A DNA stretch of 64,000 bases from Patescibacteria group bacterium (GCA_041653535.1 JBAZFH010000005.1:12012-76011); one strand, 5' to 3'. Counted from the stretch's first letter, positions 19,529-30,415 are shown. Notes: generated by a model from the sequence alone, not told the origin. Program-made: numbers and translations.

Positions 19529-19957
19529 ATGGCACCTTTCTTTTTTTGTGACGAAGATGATGAAGGCCGCGATCACACTGTGGTAATTGGCGACTTGTTT
19601 CCCGAGGCAAAAGACATCGGCGGAAGTCCCCGTGTTGACATCACAAGAACCGTTATTCCCAAGAGGGGCTTTAACCCCGAACTACCTTTTTGCGTCGTTT
19701 GTGGGGAAATAGTACCTTCACGGCATTTCGCCTGTCCTACCTGTCTCAAAATCAGAGGAGCAAAAATAATCTTTGGTGATAACAAAGGATTAGAACAAAA
19801 TCTACAAAAAGAAGAAAGACCGCCCGATGGTACGATCCTAAGCCCGACCACCCACGAAGATTTGTTAGTCTTCTTAATGACCGATGAAAAAGACAACAAA
19901 AACAACGACTGTGCCGATTGTGAAAACTGCGGTGAATGTGAGACTGAAAACTGGTAA
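19529..19957 (+). CDS. hypothetical Cys-rich protein with zinc-ribbon-like CxxC...CxxC and C-terminal CADCENCGEC
   Basis: AAAGGGAGGG SD. CVVCGEIVPSRHFACPTC motif. Terminator at 19978-20006. Confidence 0.45.
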   Translation: MAPFFFCDEDDEGRDHTVVIGDLFPEAKDIGGSPRVDITRTVIPKRGFNPELPFCVVCGEIVPSRHFACPTCLKIRGAKIIFGDNKGLEQNLQKEERPPDGTILSPTTHEDLLVFLMTDEKDNKNNDCADCENCGECETENW

Positions 19958-20035
19958 CCGACTCCCTTCTACACCCACAGAGCGGCAAAAAAACCGCTCT
20001 TTTCTTTTTGTCATTTTTTGCTAAAATACTAGTCT

Positions 20036-21244
20036 ATGAACAAACCAGAACTACTCGCCCCAGCCGGCAGTTATGAAAAACTAAAAACCGCTCTCGCTTT
20101 TGGCGCTGATGCGGTATATTGCGGTCTACCTGATTTTTCACTACGCGTCAGGATCAACTCTTTTAATCTCAAAGACTTGGCCGAGGCAATCAAATACTGC
20201 CATGACCATAAAAAGAAAATATACCTGACTCTTAACATATATGCTCATAACCAGCATCTAAAAAAATTACCGGCGTATATCAAATTTCTCAAAGCTAACA
20301 AACCCGACGGCATTATCGTTTCCGATCCGGGAATAATCAAGATACTCAAAAAAGAATTGCCAAAGATTCCTTTGCATCTCTCTACCCAAGCTAACTGCAC
20401 CAACTGGCAAGCCGCCAAATTTTGGTACGAGCAAGGGATAAAAAGAATTATCCTGGCGCGCGAAGTGACTATTGCCGAGATCAAAGAGATTAGGAAAAAT
20501 GTGCCAAAACTCGAACTAGAATATTTTGTCCACGGCGCCATGTGTATGTCCTACTCTGGACGCTGCATCCTCAGTAAGTGGCTAACTGGTCGTAGCGCCA
20601 ATCTTGGCGACTGCGTGCAACCTTGCCGCTGGGGTTATCGCGTCAGTACCGATGACGAACGTGGCCAAGTCATGGAAGTCGAAGAAGATAAACATGGCAC
20701 TTATTTATTTAACTCCAAAGACCTTTGTCTGATCGGGCATTTGGCTGAACTAAAAAAAGCCGGCGTCACTAGTTTTAAAATCGAAGGCCGGGCTAAAAGC
20801 GCCTACTATGTTGCAGTGGTCGTCAAAGCCTATCGCCAGGCGATTGATAAAAAACAACCAATCAAAAACCTAGTCAAAGAACTAGGCACCCTGGCCAATC
20901 GTGGCTACACCACCGGCTTTGCTTTTGGAGCCGAAAAATGGGATAACAACTTCCAGATTTCTCATCAAAAATCGTCTTACCAATTTGTGGGTGAAGTGGT
21001 AAAATACAGTAAAGAAAAAGGCGCGACACTAATAGCTGTTCATAATGCCATTTACCGCGGAGAAACGGTAGAATTTATCACTCCTACTGGTAAAAACTTT
21101 AGGCAAAAGCTAACCAAAATCATTGATACCAAAAACGATAAGGAAGTCGCTTCTGCCCATGGTGGCCATGATCAAATTATCTCTATCAAAACAACCGAGC
21201 CTATTCCCGCTTTTTCAGTCCTCCGCAAAAAACTCAAATCCTAA
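20036..21244 (+). CDS. peptidase U32 family protein (YegQ/TrhP-like)
   Basis: PELLAPAGSYEKLKTALAFGADAVYCG and E..HGAMC..YSGRC motifs typical of the U32 family. Confidence 0.8.
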   Translation: MNKPELLAPAGSYEKLKTALAFGADAVYCGLPDFSLRVRINSFNLKDLAEAIKYCHDHKKKIYLTLNIYAHNQHLKKLPAYIKFLKANKPDGIIVSDPGIIKILKKELPKIPLHLSTQANCTNWQAAKFWYEQGIKRIILAREVTIAEIKEIRKNVPKLELEYFVHGAMCMSYSGRCILSKWLTGRSANLGDCVQPCRWGYRVSTDDERGQVMEVEEDKHGTYLFNSKDLCLIGHLAELKKAGVTSFKIEGRAKSAYYVAVVVKAYRQAIDKKQPIKNLVKELGTLANRGYTTGFAFGAEKWDNNFQISHQKSSYQFVGEVVKYSKEKGATLIAVHNAIYRGETVEFITPTGKNFRQKLTKIIDTKNDKEVASAHGGHDQIISIKTTEPIPAFSVLRKKLKS

Positions 21245-21280
21245 CCTCCTGCCCTCTTATCCTCCTAATCTCTTACTAAT

Positions 21281-21844
21281 ATGCTTGGTTATATCAAAGG
21301 CACAATCAAAGCCAAAACCGATAAGTCAGTTATCATAGAAAACAACGGCATCGGCTATCTGGTTCACACCACTCCGGTGAACGCCGAACAAAGTAAAACC
21401 GAAACGGTTGGTGAATTTTTTTTACATACTCACGTACGCGAAGATATTTTAGAACTATACGGATTACCGACTTTTGAAGAAATAGAATTCTTCAAAAAAT
21501 TGATCTCCATCTCTGGTGTCGGACCAAAAACCGCTCTCGGCGTTTTTGAGGTGGCAAAACTAGACGAGATAAAAAAAGCCGTTTCTCGTGGCGATGCCAC
21601 CCTGCTAACCAAAGTATCCGGTATTGGTAAAAAAACCGCTGAATTGATCGTGATAAAACTCAAAGACAAAAACCTTGATATTAATTTGGGAGACGTTGGT
21701 GGAATAGACGGTCAAGCAATCGACGCGCTGGTCAGTCTTGGCTACTCTGCCGCCGACGCCAGAATCGTCTTGTCGCAGCTTCCGCCGGAAACCCAATCAG
21801 TAGAAGACAAAATCAAATCCGCGCTAAAACTGCTTAACCGTTAA
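21281..21844 (+). CDS. ruvA: Holliday junction branch migration protein RuvA
   Basis: MLGYIKGTI...GIGYLVH...ISGVGPKTALGV...VSGIGKKTAELIVIKLKDK (HhH motifs). Confidence 0.85.
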   Translation: MLGYIKGTIKAKTDKSVIIENNGIGYLVHTTPVNAEQSKTETVGEFFLHTHVREDILELYGLPTFEEIEFFKKLISISGVGPKTALGVFEVAKLDEIKKAVSRGDATLLTKVSGIGKKTAELIVIKLKDKNLDINLGDVGGIDGQAIDALVSLGYSAADARIVLSQLPPETQSVEDKIKSALKLLNR

Positions 21845-21848
21845 TTTT

Positions 21849-22799
21849 ATGCAAACCAGCGATGTCGTGGAACAAAAGATATGGGACGACTTTGTCACTG
21901 CTAACGGCAGTGAATTTTTGCAATCCTGGGACTGGGGCGTGCTGCAAGAAAGCCTAGGACGAAAAATCTGGCGCCTGGCAGTCACTGACGAAAACCAAAT
22001 TAAAGCCGTTGCACTGATAGTTAAACACCAACTGCCTTTTAAACAAAATTACCTCTACTGCCCGCGCGGACCGCTTACCACCGAACCGAAATATTTTGAA
22101 TATCTGGTCGAAAGAATCAAGGAACTCGGCAAACACGAAAAATCCACCTTCTGCCGTATTGAACCAATTTCCCCAACTATCAACTATCATCTACCACCTA
22201 CCAAACCCGTCCAACCCAAAACCACGCTCGTTTTAGATCTAACCAAATCAGAAGACGACATACTTAACTCTTTTCACCAAAAAACCCGATACAATATTCG
22301 CCTAGCTGAAAAACACGGAGTAACGGTTCGCGATGGTAGTGGCGACCAAGATTTTGAGATTTTCTGGAATCTGTTAACCAAAACCTACACCAAACAAGAA
22401 ATCTCCACCCACCCAAAAGAATATTATAAAAAAATACTCACTACCCCATACTCACTACTTGCTACTAAGCTGTTCATCGCTGAAAGCAACGGTATTCCTG
22501 TTGCCGCCAATCTCTGCTATTTCTACGGAGATCGCGCTACTTACGCTCATGGCGGATCGGATTACCAGTACAGAAACCTCATGGCGCCACATTTACTGCA
22601 GTGGCATCAAATCAAATGCGCTAAAGATGCCGGTTACAAAGTTTATGACTTTTGGGGAATAGATGAAAAACGTTGGCCCGGAGTAACTAGGTTTAAACTC
22701 GGATTTAATGGAAAAAGCGTCGACTATCCAGGAACGTTCGACATACCAATATCCAAAATACTTTATCCCCTATATAAACTAGTGAAGAAAGTTAAATAG
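21849..22799 (+). CDS. FemAB-family aminoacyltransferase (peptidoglycan bridge formation type)
   Basis: EFLQSWDWGVLQESLGRKIWRLAV and the overall length and pattern fit the FemAB/Lipid II glycyltransferase family common in CPR genomes. Confidence 0.6.
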   Translation: MQTSDVVEQKIWDDFVTANGSEFLQSWDWGVLQESLGRKIWRLAVTDENQIKAVALIVKHQLPFKQNYLYCPRGPLTTEPKYFEYLVERIKELGKHEKSTFCRIEPISPTINYHLPPTKPVQPKTTLVLDLTKSEDDILNSFHQKTRYNIRLAEKHGVTVRDGSGDQDFEIFWNLLTKTYTKQEISTHPKEYYKKILTTPYSLLATKLFIAESNGIPVAANLCYFYGDRATYAHGGSDYQYRNLMAPHLLQWHQIKCAKDAGYKVYDFWGIDEKRWPGVTRFKLGFNGKSVDYPGTFDIPISKILYPLYKLVKKVK

Positions 22800-22800
22800 A

Positions 22801-22832
22801 AAAACCCCGTAATCCCTTACGAGGTTTTTTGC
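22801..22832. terminator. Rho-independent terminator between convergent genes
   Basis: aaccccgtaatcccttacgaggtttttt. Confidence 0.55.
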
Positions 22833-22840
22833 TTGATTGC

Positions 22841-23215
22841 TTAGCCTTCGTCGGCTATTGAGCGACCGACGGGAGTCAACGCCGACCTTCCTCTGGCCTG
22901 CTGCCAATGATAGCTATGACCGACTTTCAGATTGCCAATGCCGTAGTCACGCCAGGGGTCATTGCGTCGAAGCTTGAAATAAAACAGGTCGTTAATTTTC
23001 TTGCCTTCAGGTCCGCCGTCGCGCAGATTCTTCGGTCGAACAATGTATTCCTTAGGCCAAATCTCTTGAATAACCTCGAAGACGACGCCCGTAGGACCAA
23101 CAAAGGCAGCGATGTCATACAGACGACGATTGCCGCCCCACCATCTGCCGACCAAAAAACCAACGACTAAAGCAATGATAGCCACCGAAATAGCAAAAAA
23201 AACCTCATTCATCAC
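22841..23215 (-). CDS. hypothetical N-terminally membrane-anchored protein (124 aa)
   Basis: ORF with AAGGAGA SD. Minus-strand promoter TTGACG-17-TATTAT at 23269-23297. One TM helix. Confidence 0.5.
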   Translation of the reverse strand: MMNEVFFAISVAIIALVVGFLVGRWWGGNRRLYDIAAFVGPTGVVFEVIQEIWPKEYIVRPKNLRDGGPEGKKINDLFYFKLRRNDPWRDYGIGNLKVGHSYHWQQARGRSALTPVGRSIADEG

Positions 23216-23307
23216 GCGTTGTCTCCTTTTTTGTTAAAAACCACTCTTATTAATTTAATTGATTTTCTATAATATCGCACTATTAATATCCCGTCAATAT
23301 TAATAAA

Positions 23308-23337
23308 AACCCCTGACTTCTGTCAGGGATTTTTGAT
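23308..23337. terminator. Rho-independent terminator (aaaacccctgacttctgtcagggatttttg)
   Basis: Palindromic hairpin with T/A runs on both sides, ending the long minus-strand operon. Confidence 0.65.
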
Positions 23338-23346
23338 TGCTTATTA

Positions 23347-23526
23347 TTAGCCATTGGGCATCGTCGTCTTTTTCAAAAACGCCGATGCTTTTTTTGCTTC
23401 CGCCTCCAGCTCGTCGAGCTTCTTTTTATCGCCTCGCATTCTTTCAAAAAACATTCCCGTAACAAATGCTGCTGTTATGCAAAAAAGTGCGAATATCACG
23501 ATAGTCACGATCCACCATACTAGCAT
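23347..23526 (-). CDS. small membrane protein (59 aa), not in the ORF track
   Basis: Minus-strand ORF MLVWWIVTIVIFALFCITAAFVTGMFFERMRGDKKKLDELEAEAKKASAFLKKTTMPNG with a strong AGGAGGG SD 8 nt upstream. Lies immediately downstream of the 646-aa gene. Confidence 0.4.
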   Translation of the reverse strand: MLVWWIVTIVIFALFCITAAFVTGMFFERMRGDKKKLDELEAEAKKASAFLKKTTMPNG

Positions 23527-23555
23527 GAAACGTCCCTCCTTTCTTTTGTAGATTT

Positions 23556-25496
23556 CTACTCTACTACCAACCCCTTGTCTTTTGCCAATGGGTCGCTGGT
23601 CAAATCCGTGGTAATAGCCCCTTGCGCCTGAGATATCTTGGATCCGGTTGTCTGATCAACGGCCGAGAGCTGATTGTCACCGGTTAATGCCAGAATTTTT
23701 TTTACGTCGGTATTTTCCGGAGCGATACTAACATCAAAAATTACTTTATATTTTAAATCCAGATTAACCGGCATACGATTTATTTTCCAGGTAACTTTTC
23801 TAGAAGAAGGATCGTAACTGATATCACCGGCGCTAATATCTTTTTTTCCGCCCCATTTCACCTTTTCCGGTAAAATAGTGCTGACTACCACATCGCGAAC
23901 CTCGTGGACAGAATTGTCCAACTGCCAAACAATCGCATAATAAGTAGTTTGACCTACTTTTGGCGGAATCGGACCGCTGCCGATCGATGACCCACTGACA
24001 TCGAAATATTGACCATATGCTACGAGCGCTAAATTGGAATTAATTTTAGTGGTAATGGCATTACTTCTATTTTCTATATTCATTTCCTCTTTGTTTACAT
24101 ACTGGGTTTTTATCGAAGCAACGGTACGCAGGGACAGATCGCCTGACAATTTTCCGGCGTTACTTGATATTTTAACTGAAAAATCTATCACTCCTTTGTC
24201 ACCCGGTCTTAACTCTTCCAGATTAGGGACTTCTTTCTCTGTCCAGGAAATACTCTTACCGGCTTCAAACTCGTCAAGTAGTCCATCATAACGATCAACT
24301 AAAGTAGTCCATTCGATAAACTCAGCCGACGGAGTAAAAAACACGGTAGCAGTAAGGTTTTTCAAAACATCTTTACCACTGTTTTCATAGGTCAAAGAAT
24401 AATTCAGGGTCTGACCAAAATCAATCATCCCGTCATCTTTTGATCCGTTTATTTTTAGTTCAGTCAGCAGATCCCCCGAAACAACAGCCACGCTGTAAAT
24501 ATTTTCAGCAATAGACAAATATTTGTCTTGATTTTTTATCGACGCCTTAATCGTAAAGTCTTGACCACCGGTAACATTAGCGGAAAATTTACCTTTGATT
24601 TTTAACTCGCCTTTATCACCTTTTTTAAAACTAACTATTTGCCACTGATTGTCGCTACCTTCCACGGTTTTCGGATCGGTTTCCTCCACCACGAATCCTT
24701 GAGGATAAATCACTTCTAACAAAACGTCCTTCAACTCTTCATCTTTTTCGCTTTTGTTTTCATACTTTATATTTAATTCAACAGGGTCGGTAGTAGCCAA
24801 CTGTTTAGTCCCCTCTACCACGATATCAAAAGGAGAAGACTCAATCGTGGTAGAAAAGCTGGCTTCGGTTTGAAACTGAGAAGCAAAATTTTCCGGCTCA
24901 TAATAAAGTACCGCCCAAATATTAGCATTGGTTCCTTGAGCGCCAATCAGCTTTCCTGTTATCTCCACTTCGCCGCTAGCACCGCGAGCCAGTGTTCCCA
25001 AACTCCAATTATCTTCCTTAACCAAACTTTCGCTGCCATCATCAGCTTTGTCAGCCTCAGGATTAGACGACTCGATTATCAATCCGCTGGGATAACGGAC
25101 GTTGAGGGATATTTTTTTTAAATCAACTTTTTTGTGATTTTTATATTTGATTAGATATTTTATTTGATCGCCAGCAGACATCTCTTTTTGCGCTTCAATA
25201 GTCAGCTCTACCTCCCCCCCCTCGCCAATCACTTTTTTCAGCTGATTAGGAGCATATTTATTGAAAACATAATATCCCGCCCAGGCAATACCTGCTAAAA
25301 TCAACAAAATGACCGCCAGTTTGGTTAAAAATTGCAAAACCCCTTTTTTCTTTCTCGGCTCCAGACGAGAAATATCCGGCAAATTACCATCATCATCTTC
25401 ATAAATATTTTCCAGGTCTTTCCTGATTTCACGACCAGGTATTTTGTAGTTGTTATGATTAGCGTTATGGTTTTTATTTTTATTATCTTGGTTCAT
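23556..25496 (-). CDS. membrane-anchored surface protein with repeated beta-rich domains (DUF11/CARDB-like repeats)
   Basis: Charged N-terminus, one TM helix (LAVILLILAGIAWAGYYVF), then roughly 120-aa repeats with the pattern G...E...I..K..GA/G....N.A. Confidence 0.55.
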   Translation of the reverse strand: MNQDNKNKNHNANHNNYKIPGREIRKDLENIYEDDDGNLPDISRLEPRKKKGVLQFLTKLAVILLILAGIAWAGYYVFNKYAPNQLKKVIGEGGEVELTIEAQKEMSAGDQIKYLIKYKNHKKVDLKKISLNVRYPSGLIIESSNPEADKADDGSESLVKEDNWSLGTLARGASGEVEITGKLIGAQGTNANIWAVLYYEPENFASQFQTEASFSTTIESSPFDIVVEGTKQLATTDPVELNIKYENKSEKDEELKDVLLEVIYPQGFVVEETDPKTVEGSDNQWQIVSFKKGDKGELKIKGKFSANVTGGQDFTIKASIKNQDKYLSIAENIYSVAVVSGDLLTELKINGSKDDGMIDFGQTLNYSLTYENSGKDVLKNLTATVFFTPSAEFIEWTTLVDRYDGLLDEFEAGKSISWTEKEVPNLEELRPGDKGVIDFSVKISSNAGKLSGDLSLRTVASIKTQYVNKEEMNIENRSNAITTKINSNLALVAYGQYFDVSGSSIGSGPIPPKVGQTTYYAIVWQLDNSVHEVRDVVVSTILPEKVKWGGKKDISAGDISYDPSSRKVTWKINRMPVNLDLKYKVIFDVSIAPENTDVKKILALTGDNQLSAVDQTTGSKISQAQGAITTDLTSDPLAKDKGLVVE

Positions 25497-25519
25497 AAAT
25501 TTAAAATAAAAATTAAATA

Positions 25520-28180
25520 TTACTTTTGAAACATTACGCTATATGCCCGGTCTTTATCTAAAAAATTAGTATAATGCAGAATACTACCGGCAATATCTAT
25601 CTTTTCTTCGGGATAACGCCACACCTCTTTCCACGAATCGGGAAAATCTACTAAACTATAAAAATCGCTTTCTTGACCGGATTGTTTTTGCACCACCAAA
25701 CCATAAGAAGTGCTGACATCGGTAAAATTTAATTTATCTTCCAGTTTATTTAGCCAGTTAAAACCTGTTTCCATTTTGGCAAAAGATACTCTGAAAGGTA
25801 GCTCATATTCAATAATACTTACTTGCGTTTTACCGGGATAAACTTGCGTCCATCCACCAAAAACAGTTTTACCATATTCTTCATTTATTCTTATTCCAGT
25901 TTTTTCATCCGTTTTGGTCAAACCGGATATTTGTAATAAATCTTTGTCTTGCTTGTAATCACCGTCGTTTTTAAAAAGTTCCTCTGCCGGCTCCTGAAAA
26001 CCATCCGCGCTAATCAATTTACTTCCTTGCGGAACATATACTCGCACATAATTTACGTTTCGAACGCCATAAAAAGGCTCACCGGCAATCCCGTTATGAG
26101 CGCGAATAATGGTAACTTTATTACGCACAGTACCATCATCACCAATCGCCGCTTGATGCAAGATTGTCTGATTAATAACTTTATCAGTTTTTTGTCCGGC
26201 AATATTAGCGTTAACCACCATCAGATAATCACTGGCAGTTTCTTTTATTTTATTTTCCCAACCGAGCCCGGCGAGCTGACTTTCTGTTTCAGGATTAAAA
26301 AAATATAGCTGTAAATCCTTGGCATATAACGAATCGCTAAGTAGCGAAATAATTTTTATTAATTTATCTTTGTCCGCGGATAATATTTGACCCAATACTT
26401 GAGGCGCCATATCGGCAATAAACTCTTTAGGCTTATTTTTCTCCTTATCATAATCAACCTCTACCGCTGTTTGTACGGTACCAAAAAAATTATCAGCGGT
26501 AATCTGTTTACCGTTCACATTTACTGGACCAATTAAACCCAGCAATTGCTGCAATAAATCAGCATTTATAGCTACTATACCGTCTATTGTCGGACCACCG
26601 GCTTCATTATAAAACCAAGCTATTTTTTGCGCCGCCGTCGGCCAATCAGAGAACCAATTGCTATCCTGAAACTCCCAACGAGCGTTGATTAGCCGCAATG
26701 GCGCTGGAGCAGCCACGGCAGTAGTTAGCCCCGCGCGTAAATCATAGCTGCCACCGCCGGGTATCTCCATATTTTTTATTTCACCGTTAACCAAATCTAT
26801 TAAAGCAAAAGATCCGATGAATCCTCCTGTCGGTCTGATCTCGCTATTATTTTGAAATAAAACTAAATATCTTTTCAGCTCGTTTTTGCCAAGTATGTCT
26901 TCGGCAAACTTGGCAACGGAGATAAAACCATCAAAACTCTTGGCTATTGCCGGCATTTTTTGTTTTAGAGAAATAAATTTAACCTGATTTTCTTCAGGCA
27001 ATTGATTGATATCCACTCTTGCCAAAAGACTATCAATGCTATGAATGTCAGGAGCAACTAATTCTAGATTTTCCCGCAAAATAGTAATTTTTTGGACAAT
27101 GGTTTTATCACCAGACTCCAGCGCTGACAAACCATTAGTTAAATTTTGACCGACTAGAGCAAGTAATTTCCCCGTATCAAGTAAAGCGTTTGCTGTTTTC
27201 AAAGTATTATCGGTTTGCGGTATCAATTTAGCAATTGTTGTAACTATTTTATTAATTCCATCAAGTTCGTCTTTGGCTGAAGAAAATTTTTGATAAGCTG
27301 CGCTAAAATCGTTACTGGCAGCTGCCAAATCTTTTTCCCCTACTTCGCTGCTGGCAGAGAGCAGATCGTTGGCACCAGCGGAAGCAAAACTTAAAACACC
27401 TATTTGCTTACCTTTCAAGTTCTGATAGTAACTAGTAATACCCAAAGGCAAAACCAAAACTAAAGCCATAACCACAAAACCAACCAACGCTTTAGCCGGC
27501 AATGACAAAGGAATATTTCTTAAAGGTCGCACTAAACGGTCGCTCCCATAATCGAATAAAATAAAAATGCGCCTACCTATTCGCAATGGATTAAAGAGTC
27601 TTTTTTTTCTTTCAACAGGCAACACTGATGATGCCGCTGGTAGTTGCGGCAAAACAATATTTTGCGATTCAACTTCTTGCACCACTCTTTCAATTGACGG
27701 CATGTCCTCTATATCCTTGAAGATATCTTCCGGATCATTGGTATTATATAAAGTTTCGTCGACAATGACCGTTTCCGCCGGCTTATATTCGGCTATTTCT
27801 TGTCTTATTTTGTCTATTTTGTTTTGCTCTGTCGATGATATTGGCTCTAAATTTGGAGAAAAAAACGTTACCGATTCTTCCGCATTCTCTGATGACACTA
27901 CCCGAGAAAAATCCAGATCGTTATTTGTCGGCGCAGTAAAATAATTATCCGCCGACTCTTCCCAAAAAATCGGTTGTTCCTTTTGCTTAGGAGAAAGCTC
28001 GGACAGGTCAACAAGATGGGGAGAGATATAATGATTCAAATAATCACTTTTAACAACATTAATCCTGACTACCTTGGGAGTAATTTTTGAATTTGTTTTT
28101 TTTATTGAAGCATTTTTTCTTTTACCGACCGTTTTTCTACCCACTACATCTTCTTTTGCTTTTTTATTTTTTCGCAGCAT
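25520..28180 (-). CDS. DUF4012 domain-containing membrane protein
   Basis: RYLVLFQNNSEIRPTGGFIGSFALIDLVNGEI matches the DUF4012 core, a family found in capsule/EPS loci. One TM helix. Confidence 0.75.
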   Translation of the reverse strand: MLRKNKKAKEDVVGRKTVGKRKNASIKKTNSKITPKVVRINVVKSDYLNHYISPHLVDLSELSPKQKEQPIFWEESADNYFTAPTNNDLDFSRVVSSENAEESVTFFSPNLEPISSTEQNKIDKIRQEIAEYKPAETVIVDETLYNTNDPEDIFKDIEDMPSIERVVQEVESQNIVLPQLPAASSVLPVERKKRLFNPLRIGRRIFILFDYGSDRLVRPLRNIPLSLPAKALVGFVVMALVLVLPLGITSYYQNLKGKQIGVLSFASAGANDLLSASSEVGEKDLAAASNDFSAAYQKFSSAKDELDGINKIVTTIAKLIPQTDNTLKTANALLDTGKLLALVGQNLTNGLSALESGDKTIVQKITILRENLELVAPDIHSIDSLLARVDINQLPEENQVKFISLKQKMPAIAKSFDGFISVAKFAEDILGKNELKRYLVLFQNNSEIRPTGGFIGSFALIDLVNGEIKNMEIPGGGSYDLRAGLTTAVAAPAPLRLINARWEFQDSNWFSDWPTAAQKIAWFYNEAGGPTIDGIVAINADLLQQLLGLIGPVNVNGKQITADNFFGTVQTAVEVDYDKEKNKPKEFIADMAPQVLGQILSADKDKLIKIISLLSDSLYAKDLQLYFFNPETESQLAGLGWENKIKETASDYLMVVNANIAGQKTDKVINQTILHQAAIGDDGTVRNKVTIIRAHNGIAGEPFYGVRNVNYVRVYVPQGSKLISADGFQEPAEELFKNDGDYKQDKDLLQISGLTKTDEKTGIRINEEYGKTVFGGWTQVYPGKTQVSIIEYELPFRVSFAKMETGFNWLNKLEDKLNFTDVSTSYGLVVQKQSGQESDFYSLVDFPDSWKEVWRYPEEKIDIAGSILHYTNFLDKDRAYSVMFQK

Positions 28181-29309
28181 GATAGATATCTATATGTTTT
28201 TTAACCGTAGCATCCCAGTTATATTTTTTTATTTGTTCCAGTCCTAAATATCGTAACTTTTCTTGTTTGACGTTATCAGTTAAAACATTTTTAATTTTTT
28301 GTAAAATATCACTAACACTTTTCGGATTAAATTTTTCGTAAGCATCGCCGATCACTTCTCGCAAAGACGGGATGTCTGAAGCAACCACCGGCAATCCCCA
28401 ACTCATTGCCTCTAGCGGCGGCAATCCGAATCCTTCATACAAGGAAGGAAAAACATAAACCCGAGCTTGACGATATAAAACAGCTAAATCACTATCAGGA
28501 ATATAGCCTAAGAAAAGAACACTTTTTGTATTCAACTCTTGAACACCCTCTTCAAGACGCTGGTAAAAATAATCTTTTTTACCCACCAACACCAACTTAC
28601 CAGTCCAATTCTTTTCCGGCCTAGCAAAAGCTAATATTAATTTATCCAAATTTTTATGAGGATAAGCACTGCCAACATATAAAATAAAAGGGTCGGTTAT
28701 ATTATACCGTAAAAGAACATCGTTGTCATCTTTTTTCTCGATCATTTCTTTCTCCAGCTTGCTCACACCCTCATAGACAACTTCTATCTTATTTCTGTCG
28801 ACTAAAGGATAATATTTAAGAATTTCGGTTTTAGTAAAATCTGAAATAGTAATAATTTTTTTTGCCCGCCAAACAGCCGCCCAAACAATCAAACGGTAAC
28901 CAATATTTTTCAGCCAATATTTTATTGGTCCCAAAGTACTTGCCCGACGTGAAGGATATTGACGTAATAACAAATCGTGGATCGTAACAACGAACGGCGA
29001 AAAAAAATAAAACAACGGAACGTTAAAATGTGGAAAATGAACCAAGTCCGGTTTTTCTTTTTTTATAAGTCGCGGCAGGTAGATTTGCTCGGCAAGGGTA
29101 TACCAGCGCCATGGCGCTAAAACCTTGTGAAACCCGGGTTTTTCTGCAAAATCGTCCCAATTTTCACGCTGTAATAAAATTACATATTCGTTTTGCGAAT
29201 CTTGCCTGACCAAACCATCAATAATTTCTTTGATATAGCGACCGAGACCTTTTGAACCTCTCGGTCCATACATTCTAGCATCGATTAATATTTTCATAAC
29301 AATAGTCAC
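28164..29309 (-). CDS. glycosyltransferase family 4 (GT-B, Glycos_transf_1)
   Basis: C-terminal [34 protein letters not shown] (EX7E motif). Confidence 0.85.
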   Translation of the reverse strand: MTIVMKILIDARMYGPRGSKGLGRYIKEIIDGLVRQDSQNEYVILLQRENWDDFAEKPGFHKVLAPWRWYTLAEQIYLPRLIKKEKPDLVHFPHFNVPLFYFFSPFVVTIHDLLLRQYPSRRASTLGPIKYWLKNIGYRLIVWAAVWRAKKIITISDFTKTEILKYYPLVDRNKIEVVYEGVSKLEKEMIEKKDDNDVLLRYNITDPFILYVGSAYPHKNLDKLILAFARPEKNWTGKLVLVGKKDYFYQRLEEGVQELNTKSVLFLGYIPDSDLAVLYRQARVYVFPSLYEGFGLPPLEAMSWGLPVVASDIPSLREVIGDAYEKFNPKSVSDILQKIKNVLTDNVKQEKLRYLGLEQIKKYNWDATVKKHIDIYHAAKK

Positions 29310-30415
29310 TAACGGTTAGCGGTTAACAAAAAATTTAAAAAATCCTGAGCGGCGGCTGACCAGCTAAAACGCTTAATATTTTCAAAACCTCTGGCTGATA
29401 ACTTTTGTCTGGTTACCGAGTCCAGCGTACTGACAGACTTTATCGCTTCCACGATTTCATTTATATTATACGGATCGACTAACAACGCTGCGTCAGCGCA
29501 AACTTCACTGATTGACGAAGACAGACTGGCGATCACTGGACAACCGTGACTCATCGCTTCCAACGGCGGAAAACCAAATCCTTCGTAAAAAGACGGAAAG
29601 ACAAACATTGACGCCTGACGATACAGGTCAATTTTTTCTTTTTCACTGACATAGCCCAAAACCTTGATATTATTTTTAAAATTACTAACGGCAATCAATC
29701 TATCGGCTTCTCTGCTGAGCCAACCGCTACCACCGGCAATTACCAAATCCATGTTCAAACCTTGCTGTCTAGCTTTTTCATAAGCGATTAGCAGACCAGC
29801 TAAATTTTTACGCGGCTCTCTGGTACCCAAGGTTAAAATAAAATTTCCCTTATTTTCTAAAATTTTTTCGTCACTTCTTTTTACTCCGGAGTAAACCACG
29901 CCAATTTTACCAGGATTTATTTTATAAAAACTAATTAAATCTTTTTTGGTATTTTGTGAAACTACCACCAGTCTATCCATCGCGGTAAAAACCTTTTTGG
30001 GGTTAATCAACCGATAAGCCAGCCGCCATTTTGACTGAAAAAAATCCTGATATAAATCAAAAGTGATGTCATGCACTATGGAAATTTTTTTACAACGATC
30101 TGATAAAGAAAAATAACAAAGGTTGGGAACGACAAATGCGTCGCAACCGCCAATCATCAAATCAATCTTCGGCCAATGAAAAAATAAAAATAAAAAGTTA
30201 AGTAGTTTATTTGGTAAAGCAAAACCACAAAATTTAACATTGGGATAATCCCATTTAGGTAGCCGATTTTCGATACTATGAAAAGAATTATAAAAAAGTT
30301 TATACTGGTTTTGCGAATCAATACGAAACAACTCGTCAAGCAAATTAAAAAGGTGCAGCCCCACGCCGCTTAGCTCTTTGTCCATCAGAGGTCTAATATC
30401 TACGCCTATTATCAT
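29309..30415 (-). CDS. glycosyltransferase family 4 (GT-B)
   Basis: FVFPSFYEGFGFPPLEAMSHGCPVIASLSSSISEV. Confidence 0.85.
   Translation of the reverse strand: MIIGVDIRPLMDKELSGVGLHLFNLLDELFRIDSQNQYKLFYNSFHSIENRLPKWDYPNVKFCGFALPNKLLNFLFLFFHWPKIDLMIGGCDAFVVPNLCYFSLSDRCKKISIVHDITFDLYQDFFQSKWRLAYRLINPKKVFTAMDRLVVVSQNTKKDLISFYKINPGKIGVVYSGVKRSDEKILENKGNFILTLGTREPRKNLAGLLIAYEKARQQGLNMDLVIAGGSGWLSREADRLIAVSNFKNNIKVLGYVSEKEKIDLYRQASMFVFPSFYEGFGFPPLEAMSHGCPVIASLSSSISEVCADAALLVDPYNINEIVEAIKSVSTLDSVTRQKLSARGFENIKRFSWSAAAQDFLNFLLTANR

Noticed and set aside
23354-23551. 65-aa plus-strand ORF
   Set aside because: A minus-strand 59-aa ORF in the same place has a strong SD and operon context. The plus-strand ORF has neither.
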